Shown: piece after piece, positions 48,941 through 58,136 of the stretch | Numbering within the stretch: the stretch's first letter is position 1 | Layout of the letters: the number at the start of each line of letters is the position of its first letter | From: an uncultured Syntrophomonas sp. | GTDB lineage: Bacteria > Bacillota > Syntrophomonadia > Syntrophomonadales > Syntrophomonadaceae | DNA: 64,000 bases | Assembly (NCBI GenBank): GCA_964494735.1 | Contig: CAZBSD010000004.1 | Coordinates: forward strand, 10,988 to 74,987 | Direction of reading: 5' to 3' | Position numbers and translations under genes: made by a program | The notes under the pieces: model-generated | Seen by the model: the letters and a program-made list of their open reading frames with translations, nothing else | Database searches by the model: none | Told to the model about the DNA's origin: nothing

Positions 48941-49645
48941 ATGCGGTCTATATTGCGCAAGTTGTATCGGGGCCAGGATTTGAATGATGAGGAATACGCC
49001 CGCCTGGCAGGTTATGCGGATGAACTGCGTGCCAATTCGCCTCATTCCTACCAATTATTCTATGAGCGCTTCGCACCCATCCTTCACCGCGATTATGGTA
49101 TTCACCTGCCTCGCTTCTATTTCGGTATAGATGATGTCTATGAATATCTGCTCTCCCATCCGGAATTGACCGCTCGCCTCCGCACCGAGCCCCTGGATGC
49201 GACCGTTTTTCCCGCTCACCTGCGCGAATACCTCTTATCCCCCGAAGGCCAGAACGCCTTATATACGTCGCTCCTGCCGGCGCTGGAACACCCCGATTAT
49301 GGCCGGCCTGACAATAAGGAGCTGCCCCGTCCCCGCCTAACCGAGGCAGTCGTCAAATTCGAAAGCGGCAATCCTTTGAAAGAGACCGGGCTCAAGGCTC
49401 ATTTCAATCGCCTCATCGCCTTCCCGTTCGTAAGCCGGTTGCAGAGTGTGCGTTATCTGCGCGGTACCAAAGCCAGCCAGGACAAGATTGACATCATCAC
49501 CGGCAACTGTCTGGGAGGTATTTTTACCAACAAAGAGAAATCAATATATTATTATATATTCCTTACGGAGGACGACCGCAGTAAGGCCGAAAATGCTTGC
49601 CGACTTCTCAACCAGACTCTGTATGGAATCAGCGGCGGGGAATGA
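48941..49645 (+). CDS. hypothetical protein A of a four-gene cassette
   Basis: ATG 8 nt after AGGAG and 20 nt after the pdaA stop. 234 aa with no TM segment and no motif I recognise. Confidence 0.6.
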   Translation: MRSILRKLYRGQDLNDEEYARLAGYADELRANSPHSYQLFYERFAPILHRDYGIHLPRFYFGIDDVYEYLLSHPELTARLRTEPLDATVFPAHLREYLLSPEGQNALYTSLLPALEHPDYGRPDNKELPRPRLTEAVVKFESGNPLKETGLKAHFNRLIAFPFVSRLQSVRYLRGTKASQDKIDIITGNCLGGIFTNKEKSIYYYIFLTEDDRSKAENACRLLNQTLYGISGGE

Positions 49646-49649
49646 ACTC

Positions 49650-51116
49650 ATGCACACCATTATGGAAACACTGGCGGCGGGGCCGGTCGAACAAGATCTG
49701 TTCGGTTATTGGCGCAAGGAACTCGAACTGCGCCGGATGCTGAAGGACGCCCTCGACGGACCGACGGTTCACATCGAAAACCAGGCTCAATTCGATTTCC
49801 TCAGAAGAGGTCTTTTCTACGGCCCCCACCAGGATTCGTTTTTTAACGTACTATGGCGCAATATGGCGGAACCGGCGGTCATCACCATGGTGATGGATTC
49901 ATCGCCATCAGTCGTGGTGCAATACTTGGACTATCTTACTATTCATATGACTGATCAGCATCGCCCCGCCCCTTCCCTGCGGTTCTTGATAAATCTCTAT
50001 AATGAACATTGGCAGCCTCAATATGCCCGACTGATTCAGACCCTGGATGCTGAACAGTGCGGATACCTGGTTTCCCGCACCGGCAATGGGGACCTGCGCC
50101 GGATGCTGAAAGATCGCCTGGAGAAGATCAAGGATCATGCTGCCCATAATGAGCCCATGACTGGCGACAAACAGCCGGTGACGGCCTGGCCCAGTATCCA
50201 TGGCGATAAGGTAGAACTATTGTCGGCCGCCGCCACCGTGTTGCAGGGTTGGGACCAGGCCGGAGCTGTTCCAAACCAAAGCCTGGCGCGAGTGGAGACT
50301 CTTATGGATGGAGCCGAACTGCTGTTTCGGGCTGGATTGCTATCCGATTGTATGGCCGTGCTTAACCGGATGTTCTCCGATCGCGAACTGGAAAGACACT
50401 CCGCGCTGTTGTCGGCCACCGGTCCCCTGGGTGGGCGGCTGCTCCGGCTGTTGGACCGGGTGGTTCCTATATTTGGCCTGCTGGTGGATCCCTTCCATCC
50501 ACGCAGTCATGTCCTCAGCAATTACCGCAATCTATTCCCCGGTTGCAATCCCGATCCGGCTTCTCTGCTCTACCTTGACCTTTACGCCCTGGTGCTGGCC
50601 GGCTTGCAAAAACGACGCCATTATGCCAGCTTCGAGATAGTGCAAAAAGCATCCGCAATCCGATCCCTGTGTGATGATGACCGGCTGGTTCAACAATTGG
50701 TGGTATGGGGGCACAGCGGTGTTTTTAATGGTTCCGGACTATTAGACTTTCTAGGCTCCAAAATGATGCAGCGCCCCCACGAGACCCTGGCTGGTCTGGA
50801 AACTCTGCGCTATCTGCATATGCGGGGGGCGTTGTCCCTGGACAGGCCAACCGCCTCTGGGATGCTGTCTGTATTCCTGCAGCTTTTCTATTGGCTGCCC
50901 CACCCAAGCTTCATTAATAGCCAGCTTGTCAAACAGATTGGACCGGAGAGCGATGAGGAGGTTAGAAGAGAATCAGAACAGATTCTGGTCTCCTGGCACC
51001 GGGTCTGGCATGATAATAAGGATACTCCAGCGGTCCCGCCCCATCACCAGCAAAGCGGTGCAGAGCAGGCGCTGGATAAGATGATTCGCTTGAGCCGATC
51101 GATGGGGGTGTTATAG
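49650..51116 (+). CDS. hypothetical protein B (488 aa, apparently helical)
   Basis: ATG 4 nt after the stop of A, with GGGGA upstream. The ORF-track start at 49446 overlaps A and is unlikely. No recognisable motif. Confidence 0.6.
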   Translation: MHTIMETLAAGPVEQDLFGYWRKELELRRMLKDALDGPTVHIENQAQFDFLRRGLFYGPHQDSFFNVLWRNMAEPAVITMVMDSSPSVVVQYLDYLTIHMTDQHRPAPSLRFLINLYNEHWQPQYARLIQTLDAEQCGYLVSRTGNGDLRRMLKDRLEKIKDHAAHNEPMTGDKQPVTAWPSIHGDKVELLSAAATVLQGWDQAGAVPNQSLARVETLMDGAELLFRAGLLSDCMAVLNRMFSDRELERHSALLSATGPLGGRLLRLLDRVVPIFGLLVDPFHPRSHVLSNYRNLFPGCNPDPASLLYLDLYALVLAGLQKRRHYASFEIVQKASAIRSLCDDDRLVQQLVVWGHSGVFNGSGLLDFLGSKMMQRPHETLAGLETLRYLHMRGALSLDRPTASGMLSVFLQLFYWLPHPSFINSQLVKQIGPESDEEVRRESEQILVSWHRVWHDNKDTPAVPPHHQQSGAEQALDKMIRLSRSMGVL

Positions 51117-51117
51117 A

Positions 51118-52695
51118 TTGGAATCGGAAAATCCCACCATACAATATAACCAAATCATCGAGGAGATGCTGGCCCGACTGCGCAGCGACCTTGACCGTCA
51201 GATTAAACAGTGCCCTGAGTTCGGTGATCAGGATGGGCTGGACCAATACATTCTGGACTTGAATACCTTCTATTATGAAAGCTTCCATGACCATTTCATG
51301 CCTCGATACCGGCAAGCGATCGAGACCGACATGCGCCGGATTCATAATCTTAGCCGCCAGGAGGATTCGGTAAGGGCAGATTTGATTACATTGCTCAGAT
51401 TCCTGATAAGGTCTTTTAATCTGACTAAGGCTACTATGGGGCAATTGCATGTGCAGCGGGGAGAAATGGAATCACAGCTGCTGGCTCTGCAGACCAGCCT
51501 GGAAACCGGAAGTGTCGATCTTCTCTACCTGTTAAAGGAGCATGCCGAGGCCTGGGCATCCTTCCGAACCCAGTTGGATGTCGGCCGCACCATATCTTCG
51601 GACCGACAGCTGCTCAGCAGTCTCGAACATTCTCCCGTCTGCAGCCTGGCGGCCTCCCTGTTCCGAGTCTGGATGCCCACCAGCAACAAGGACAAACGTG
51701 ATTTCAACCGCTTGTTGGCGCAATGGCAGCTGGCTTTGAAACTGTTGCTGAAAATGCAGGAAACCCAATCCCCCGGCAAAGACTGGCTGACCGCCCAGCT
51801 GAATGAACTGGAAAAGATCGATGCCGGCTGGGATAACCGTAAGGTGCCAGCCCCCATTCGGGGATGGTACAAGCTTAACCTTCAGCCCACCTATCAGCTC
51901 TACCAGGAGGTGCTGAACGGCTCGACCGGGAGAAACGACCAACGCAGGATTATGCGGGTGGCCTCCCAGTTTCACGATTGGCTGCAGGCTTGGCTTATTG
52001 TTGTGGAGCGTTGCCTGGATTACTCCTCCCGAGGGTGGGACAACTGGATGGATCAGATTACGTCCCTATTAGGCCGAGATGAGAAATACTGGCTGGCCTG
52101 GGCTGACTACGCCCAGAAGAGCCTGCACTCCATCGACGAGCTAATAGTGGGTCTGTCAAACTTGCGCAGTGCCAGCTATGAACCATTCAGCGGCCGCAGT
52201 CGGCAGATCCTGACCGATGCCTGCCAATACCTGCTGCAGACTATCGGTGAACAGCCGGTTTCGCCTTTGCGAGCGGCGGCGGAAAAACTCCGGTCAGAGG
52301 CGGGGATGACTCTGCAGGGGATTGAAATCATGGCTGAACGGGAGACTCATATCCGGACCGCGATGGAAACATATACCGCTATCCGCACCGCCATCGGCTC
52401 AGACATCGATACACTTGAATCGGCCCAGCGGGACCTGGAGAAGATGCTCGACAAACGGGTTCTCGCCGACAAATTCGGGGATATGGATATAAAATTGGAT
52501 CATATCGTCATCCAAACCGGCGCCGCATTTCCCTCCGCCTATGTTCATCTGTTGGATAGAGCTCCTATCGAAACCAAGGCTTCCGATGCTCCGGCTGGTA
52601 ACGTCATTTACCAAGAAGGGGACATTTTCATAATCCGCTCGGGGGGCCGGAGCTATGAAGTAATACCCAGAATAATCGTGGCCGGGAAAGGATAA
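51118..52695 (+). CDS. hypothetical protein C (525 aa, helical/Trp-rich with a C-terminal beta-rich segment)
   Basis: TTG start 1 nt after the stop of B, with GGGGGTG 7 nt upstream. No recognisable motif. Confidence 0.6.
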   Translation: MESENPTIQYNQIIEEMLARLRSDLDRQIKQCPEFGDQDGLDQYILDLNTFYYESFHDHFMPRYRQAIETDMRRIHNLSRQEDSVRADLITLLRFLIRSFNLTKATMGQLHVQRGEMESQLLALQTSLETGSVDLLYLLKEHAEAWASFRTQLDVGRTISSDRQLLSSLEHSPVCSLAASLFRVWMPTSNKDKRDFNRLLAQWQLALKLLLKMQETQSPGKDWLTAQLNELEKIDAGWDNRKVPAPIRGWYKLNLQPTYQLYQEVLNGSTGRNDQRRIMRVASQFHDWLQAWLIVVERCLDYSSRGWDNWMDQITSLLGRDEKYWLAWADYAQKSLHSIDELIVGLSNLRSASYEPFSGRSRQILTDACQYLLQTIGEQPVSPLRAAAEKLRSEAGMTLQGIEIMAERETHIRTAMETYTAIRTAIGSDIDTLESAQRDLEKMLDKRVLADKFGDMDIKLDHIVIQTGAAFPSAYVHLLDRAPIETKASDAPAGNVIYQEGDIFIIRSGGRSYEVIPRIIVAGKG

Positions 52696-52699
52696 CCGT

Positions 52700-53968
52700 A
52701 TGCACGTAGTTATAGACATGGGCGACAAAAACACCGTACTGGCAGCCTGGCGAGAAGGTCAGCCCCTGGATGACCCGTCCATTCTGGTAAATTTACCAGG
52801 TCTTAACGATTCCACCACCGGGGTGAATGATGACCCCTGGAGCCGGGCCAGTTTATATCGCCATGTAACTAATCTGTACCGGGAATATCTGCTGCCCAGC
52901 CGGTTGTCAATCAGGTCTCTGGCAGCAGCCATACCAGATATATCCGGAGTGCCATTAAGGCGGACCCTGCTGGATGTTTTCGAGGAAGTATTGGGTTTGG
53001 AGGAAGCCATCATTGTCCCTCGCTTCCTGGCCATGGCCGCCGGCTGGCAGCTCCACAGTCCACAGTCCTTGGGGAATATAATGGTGCTGGATGCTCAAGA
53101 TGAAGAGGAAGAAGTCGCCTTCATCAGCGCCTGCCCCGATGTGACGCTCACCCTGGAAGGACAGTATCCCGGAAATCTTCGGACCATCCGGGAAGCGGCT
53201 GCCCGACTGGGGTTTCTGTCCTCTTCCGGGTGGAACCTCGACCACCTTTACCTTCTGAATAATGTTGGAGCCAACAGCCAGATAAGGCGGTTGATATCGG
53301 GCCTGCCCAGCCGGGTGACCATCCACAATGGTGACAATCCTGGCCGGGCTGTGATGGAGGGTCTGGTTGCACACGTATATCAGGGCTTCTCTCCAGGGAG
53401 ATTAAGCGTGATTTATCCTTTTGACTTTTACCTGGCCAGCTTCGACCAGGAGGAACAAATGAATTCCATCCACAGGTTGCCTTTCGATACCAACAATCTT
53501 GAGCTCGACTGCACCTCCTGCTACAGGCTGGCCCGTCTGGTCACGACAGATATTCCCGCCAGTGAGGCAGACCCGGAGCAGTTACGGCTCGGCATCTTCG
53601 AGATCGGCCACCAGGACCGCATCGAGCTAGACAATTTATCACTGGCTCAATCAATACTCAATATAGATTGCTGCCGCACCGATCTGCCTGACCGGGTGGA
53701 CCTGATCCTGGATATGGCAGCCGCCGTTATCCGTCCCGACCTGGACTCCGGCCGTGATGAGGGAGACCTTCTAGATCCGGCATCCTTTTGGGAACACTAC
53801 CACAACAGGCTCTCCCAGGACCATACCATTGGGCAACTATCCACACCAGCCCCTGACCCATCATCATCTTCAAGCGATCCGGCCGTCACTTTCTCCCCCC
53901 TGGACAACCAGATAGCTGTTACCCTGGCCCGGCTGCAATCACTATTGGGCCAGTGGAAACATTTCTAG
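52700..53968 (+). CDS. divergent Hsp70/EutJ-like ASKHA-fold protein (protein D) with a ~190-aa C-terminal domain of unknown function
   Basis: ATG 4 nt after the stop of C. Five segments appear in the order expected for the fold. [13 protein letters not shown] is phosphate-1-like. [40 protein letters not shown] parallels DnaK VP....AQR.A..[38 protein letters not shown] sits at the phosphate-2 position without glycines. [16 protein letters not shown] sits at the adenosine-motif position. [11 protein letters not shown] matches NPDEAVA.GAA. Confidence 0.6.
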   Translation: [422 protein letters not shown]

Positions 53969-54124
53969 TCCCTGCATTTATATTACAAATTTCGCCCCTA
54001 ATTAGAGGACATCTTGAACGGGGTGTCGAATCCTCACTTGTTCTATTTTTCTCAATCTTTACAAAGAAAGGAGGCAGGAGAGGGGTAATCCTTTTCACAG
54101 TTTAAAACGAATTAGGAGGTTGTC

Positions 54125-54775
54125 ATGTCAGCAGCAAATGAAATGAAGGTCTCTGGACACGTCCAGGAACTGGTCGCCAACCCTACCCCTTTAGGATTAC
54201 TGGGGCTGGCCATGGTCACTCTGGTTGCTTCTTCACAAAAGCTGGGCCTTACCGCGGGGGTCGCATATATGATCCCCTGGGCCATCTTCCTGGGAGCGGC
54301 CGCGCAATTCATAGCCGGCATAATGGATTTCAAACATAACAACACCTTTGGCGCCACCGCCTTCTGTGGATATGGCTTTTTCTGGTTTGCGGTCGGTACC
54401 ACCTGGTGGATGCAGACCAGTGGCCTTATCGGCAAAGGAGCCGGATTCGACGCCCACCAGCTGGGCTTCGCCTTTCTCGGTTACTTTATCTTTACCGTCT
54501 ATATGACAGTTGGGGCAATGGGAACCAACAAAGTATTGTGGTTCATCTTCTTCCTCATCGACCTGCTCTTCCTGGGCCTGTTTATGAGCACCCTGGGCTG
54601 GGGCGCGGAACATACCTGGCACCAACTGGCCGCCTACTCGGAAATGGCCATATCGATATGCTCCTTCTACTTATCAGGAGCCGTAATCCTGAACACTCAA
54701 TACGGTTATTCGGTGCTGCCCACCGGAGCCCCCTTCGGCCCGCTGTATCGCAAGTCAGTGGCTCTGAAAGGCTAG
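54125..54775 (+). CDS. satP: GPR1/FUN34/YaaH-family acetate/succinate channel (SatP-like)
   Basis: ANPTPLGLLGLAMVT, ..FKHNNTFGATAFCGYGFFWF.., six TM segments. AGGAGG SD. Confidence 0.85.
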   Translation: MSAANEMKVSGHVQELVANPTPLGLLGLAMVTLVASSQKLGLTAGVAYMIPWAIFLGAAAQFIAGIMDFKHNNTFGATAFCGYGFFWFAVGTTWWMQTSGLIGKGAGFDAHQLGFAFLGYFIFTVYMTVGAMGTNKVLWFIFFLIDLLFLGLFMSTLGWGAEHTWHQLAAYSEMAISICSFYLSGAVILNTQYGYSVLPTGAPFGPLYRKSVALKG

Positions 54776-54799
54776 TCTCAAATTTTGCCCACCAAATAT

Positions 54800-54836
54800 A
54801 AAATACCGCTGGCCATCCCGCCAGCGGTATTTTCTT
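54800..54836. terminator. bidirectional rho-independent terminator
   Basis: AAAATACCGCTGGC-CATCCC-GCCAGCGGTATTTT is an 11-bp stem flanked by A and T runs. It lies between convergent satP and the glucosaminidase gene. Confidence 0.8.
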
Positions 54837-54921
54837 AACATGGATCTTTTGTTTATCTACCTGTTCCAAATTCCTAAGCCGATGTTGCCAGACTGTCCGG
54901 TTGGAGATCTGGCCCCAGTTT

Positions 54922-56181
54922 CTAATAGGCTTTAGCCCAGTAATCAAATATTATACTCTGGCCGTAGGTTGTCCCCGGAACCGCCCAGCGGGCGTTGAGC
55001 CCCAGCCAAGTGGGAGCGATGCCGCGCGACACCAGGGTGTAGCGGGGATCCACCAGCTCTTTGCCAGCCGGCAGCTCTTTCTTGGCCGCATATGCGTAAA
55101 GGTGCTGGATATGGGCTTCTACCCCAGCCTTGGGGGTGGCGAAGATAGCACCGTGGACCCCGGGCATCAACCACACCAGGCCCGGGTCAGCCCCATTGAC
55201 CGATTCCAGGCCCGTCAAAGGGCTGCCGATGGCGTAAAGGCCGCAATAGTTGTTCTGCCAGGGCTGTACACTGCCCATAAACTGCCAGTAACCAGTTTCT
55301 TTAGCAGCCTGGCAGAAGGCCAGGTCACCACGCACACCATATTCGGCTCCTATCTTTAGATATAGTTCGGCTACCTTTGGAGTTATGTTGATGCCTTTCC
55401 CCTGGCTGGCCAGGGATGGAGTAAGCCGGGCCACTTGCTGATCCACCCAATCCTCGAGTTGGTCCGCAGTCAAGTAGGATTTGCCCATGATGCTAAGATC
55501 GGCGGCATTGATAGTCTCCCCGCCGGGCAGTATGACATTGGCGCTATAGCGAGCCAGGTCGCTGCGATATTTCTCTAAGGCCGCAATCTGTTCGCTGCTG
55601 AATGAAGAGGGATTCTGGCTGCCCAAGGTACTCGAGTTTATTACTGAGCCGTCCAGCAGCTTGAGATTGGTCTTGTAAGCAGCCAGGTCAGTGAACAGCC
55701 TCCGGTCCTCAACCAATTCTTTCGAGTCTATCTGCACCGTATGCGATTGGGCCTGCCACTGGACCTCGCAATCCAGGGCCTCTCCTACCGCCCGCAGGGG
55801 GATCATGGTCCGCCACTGGCTGTTGATGAAAGGCTTGCCGTAACTTGATGGTATCTTCAGCATCTGCCCGTCCAGGATTATGTCAATGTCGCCTGAAGTG
55901 CGGGGCAGGTCCGGAGTTGATTCGGTCTTCCAATTAATGACCACCTGATGGGATTCCTCTGCCCAGTTTACCTTGGCACCCAGGTTTTCCGATACCACCC
56001 TTAAGGGCACATAGGTACGGCCGGCCACGATAACCGGCTGAACATCTGAATCCACTTGGCGGCCGTTGATAATGATCTTGACGGTAGGCGCTGCTTCGAC
56101 TGCCGGAGCACCAAACCATAGGGCCCATGCGACCATAAGGGATGCTGCCGCCAGGACACGTCTATAGGCAAACAGTTTCAA
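54922..56181 (-). CDS. cell-wall hydrolase: copper-amine-oxidase-N-like stalk domains + mannosyl-glycoprotein endo-beta-N-acetylglucosaminidase domain
   Basis: Signal peptide followed by ..INGRQVDSDVQPVIVAGRTYVPLRVVSENLGAKVNW.. The C-terminal region reads ..YGVRGDLAFCQAAKETGYWQF.. and ..YGQSII.DYW. TTG start 5 nt after AGAGAGGTG. Confidence 0.75.
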   Translation of the reverse strand: MKLFAYRRVLAAASLMVAWALWFGAPAVEAAPTVKIIINGRQVDSDVQPVIVAGRTYVPLRVVSENLGAKVNWAEESHQVVINWKTESTPDLPRTSGDIDIILDGQMLKIPSSYGKPFINSQWRTMIPLRAVGEALDCEVQWQAQSHTVQIDSKELVEDRRLFTDLAAYKTNLKLLDGSVINSSTLGSQNPSSFSSEQIAALEKYRSDLARYSANVILPGGETINAADLSIMGKSYLTADQLEDWVDQQVARLTPSLASQGKGINITPKVAELYLKIGAEYGVRGDLAFCQAAKETGYWQFMGSVQPWQNNYCGLYAIGSPLTGLESVNGADPGLVWLMPGVHGAIFATPKAGVEAHIQHLYAYAAKKELPAGKELVDPRYTLVSRGIAPTWLGLNARWAVPGTTYGQSIIFDYWAKAY

Positions 56182-56224
56182 ATCGACACCTCTCTTCGTA
56201 TGTTCGTATTACCAGCCTTCTTTT

Positions 56225-56335
56225 CTGCATTACGAGGTCTTCTCCACAAGGGATTCCCTCTGATTCGGGATAATTCCTGCTTTTTTCTATAAAATCCCCC
56301 AGTCTGCTGCCAAGCTGCTAAATTTATGCATCCTT
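56225..56335 (-). promoter_or_regulatory. candidate atypical ydaO/c-di-AMP-type riboswitch leader
   Basis: The minus strand contains GGGGGA (56300..56295), CCCGAATC (56269..56262) and GACCTCGTAATGC (56239..56227). These are in the order of the ydaO consensus ..GGGGGA..CCCGAAUCC..CAGCUAACCUCGUAAGC as I recall it. The CAGCUAA segment is replaced by a small hairpin (AGGGAATCCCT). TGCAT/ATGCA could close a P1 helix. Confidence 0.3.
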
Positions 56336-56588
56336 GATATTTACGTCTGTCTGTCTCCAATCCTTGCATTTTCGCACAATTTTGTCAGCTCCGGATGACC
56401 ATTAAGCCCGATTAATCGATGAATACCATTTATTTATCAATATGCGACCCGCTTCGCCAGGAAATTCCCGAAAATTTCTTGCCCCCGTCGCCACGGAAAG
56501 ACATTTTTTTCCTAATCGATCAGATATGCTATGGGTACGGCCTTGCATGGGGAGATTAGGGGGAGGAGGTCTAATCGGCTTGAAATTT

Positions 56589-58136
56589 ATGGAATTTGAT
56601 CAAGACGCTGTAAACTTGGTGCTCGGCCCGGACCTTGCCAAGTCTTACTCCACTCAGGAAGAAAAAGAAGTCAAAGCGCTATTCGCCGAGCGGTTCCTAA
56701 CCAACCTGACCCACGTGCTGCGCACACCTATGATCGGCATCCTGGGTTCGGTCGACTTGCTCGAACACATTCCTATGGACCCTTACCAGGATAAACTGGT
56801 GAACGATATCAGGATTTGCGGAGAACTGCTCCTCAATAAAATCGATGATGTACTGGAGTTGTCCAAACTCCAGAACGGATTAGCGGAAATGGAACGCTCG
56901 TCTACCGACCTGAACGAGCTGCTGCCCCAATGGACTTCAGCATTTAGGCCTCTGCTCGACAGGAAGGGACTCCGGTTGGAATTGGACCTGGATCGCGCCT
57001 TACCTGCCAATGCCAGCCTGGACCAGCTCAAATTAAAGCGGGTGATCAACAATCTGTTCTTCACACTCATGGATTCATCTCATCAGGAAGGAATCAGGAT
57101 TTCGCTACGGGCAGCGTCTTTACCTTCTCTCCCTCCCCGGCTCCTGATAACTATTGCTGAATTCGGTGCCTCCCCGCCTAACCGGCAAGGTGTAGAGTCA
57201 GGTGCACAAGCTCATTCTGAGGCCGACGTCGGTCATCTATCACTGGCGATGAGCCTCGGAATGATCGTCAGCCAGTACCTGGTAGAATTGATGGCCGGGG
57301 AATTACATACTGTGACCCGGCCCGATGCCGGTATCAGCTTCGAGGTGAGCCTGCCCCTGGAGACAATCCAGCCAGCCGCTCTCCCGGCAGGCCGCGGCCC
57401 CGGCATCGCAGCAGCCCTGGATGAGGCATTCATGGCCTCCTTCCAATCGGTCTCCATTCTGCTGGTGGACGATAATGAGCTGAACCAGAAATTGATCGGT
57501 CAGATGCTCACCAACTATGGTTTTGAGGTGATAACCGCATCCAACGGCCTGGAAGCTTTGAACACCCTGGAAAGGAAACACTTCGACCTGATCCTGATGG
57601 ACATGCAGATGCCCCGTATGGACGGCTATGAAACAACCCGTCTGATCCGAGCCAATCCGATCCAGACCAATATCCCGGTCATTGCCATTACCGCCAACTC
57701 GCACAGCAGCGATCGGGACAAATGCCTGGCTTGCGGCTGTACCTCGTATCTGGCCAAGCCGTTCCGCTCCGAAGCCCTGGTGCGGGAGATCAAATACCTG
57801 CTTAACAACGAGTTCATCAAGGACAAGCAGGCGGACATCTATTCCCAGCAGATCATACTGGAGCTGCTGCCGGAATTTCTGGAGATGCTGGAGGAGATGC
57901 TGAACCAACTGGAAGCCGCCATCAAAGCGAAAGACCGGGCCAGCATCAGGGACATCAGCCACAGCCTCAAGGGGATGGCTGGCATGTACGGATTCATGAG
58001 GATTTCAGAGCTGGCCCTGGCCATGGAGAAAGCCATTGCCGGCGATAATTTCGGCAAGCTCACTTCTTTATGTCAGCAGATAACCGCCCTGGCTCAGGAA
58101 TCGCAATCGCGCCTAAGCCAGCAAGGGATAGTATAA
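56589..58136 (+). CDS. hybrid histidine kinase-like phosphorelay protein (HisKA + degenerate HATPase + REC + HPt), no TM/sensor domain
   Basis: The H-box reads LTHVLRTPM. REC has DD..LMDMQMP..AITAN..AKP. HPt has HSLKGMAG. In the ATPase region the N-box Asn is Thr (INNLFFTLMD), G1 reads AEFGAS, and G2 is not recognisable. The start is uncertain: ATG 56589 or TTG 56580. Confidence 0.75.
   Translation: MEFDQDAVNLVLGPDLAKSYSTQEEKEVKALFAERFLTNLTHVLRTPMIGILGSVDLLEHIPMDPYQDKLVNDIRICGELLLNKIDDVLELSKLQNGLAEMERSSTDLNELLPQWTSAFRPLLDRKGLRLELDLDRALPANASLDQLKLKRVINNLFFTLMDSSHQEGIRISLRAASLPSLPPRLLITIAEFGASPPNRQGVESGAQAHSEADVGHLSLAMSLGMIVSQYLVELMAGELHTVTRPDAGISFEVSLPLETIQPAALPAGRGPGIAAALDEAFMASFQSVSILLVDDNELNQKLIGQMLTNYGFEVITASNGLEALNTLERKHFDLILMDMQMPRMDGYETTRLIRANPIQTNIPVIAITANSHSSDRDKCLACGCTSYLAKPFRSEALVREIKYLLNNEFIKDKQADIYSQQIILELLPEFLEMLEEMLNQLEAAIKAKDRASIRDISHSLKGMAGMYGFMRISELALAMEKAIAGDNFGKLTSLCQQITALAQESQSRLSQQGIV

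Noticed and set aside
49289-49297. HPD tripeptide in protein A, next to an Hsp70-like protein, as a possible J-domain
   Set aside because: The flanking sequence is Pro-rich and not basic or helical. The spacing to the preceding hydrophobic helix is too short for a J-domain. A chance HPD in ~1,700 residues is not unlikely.
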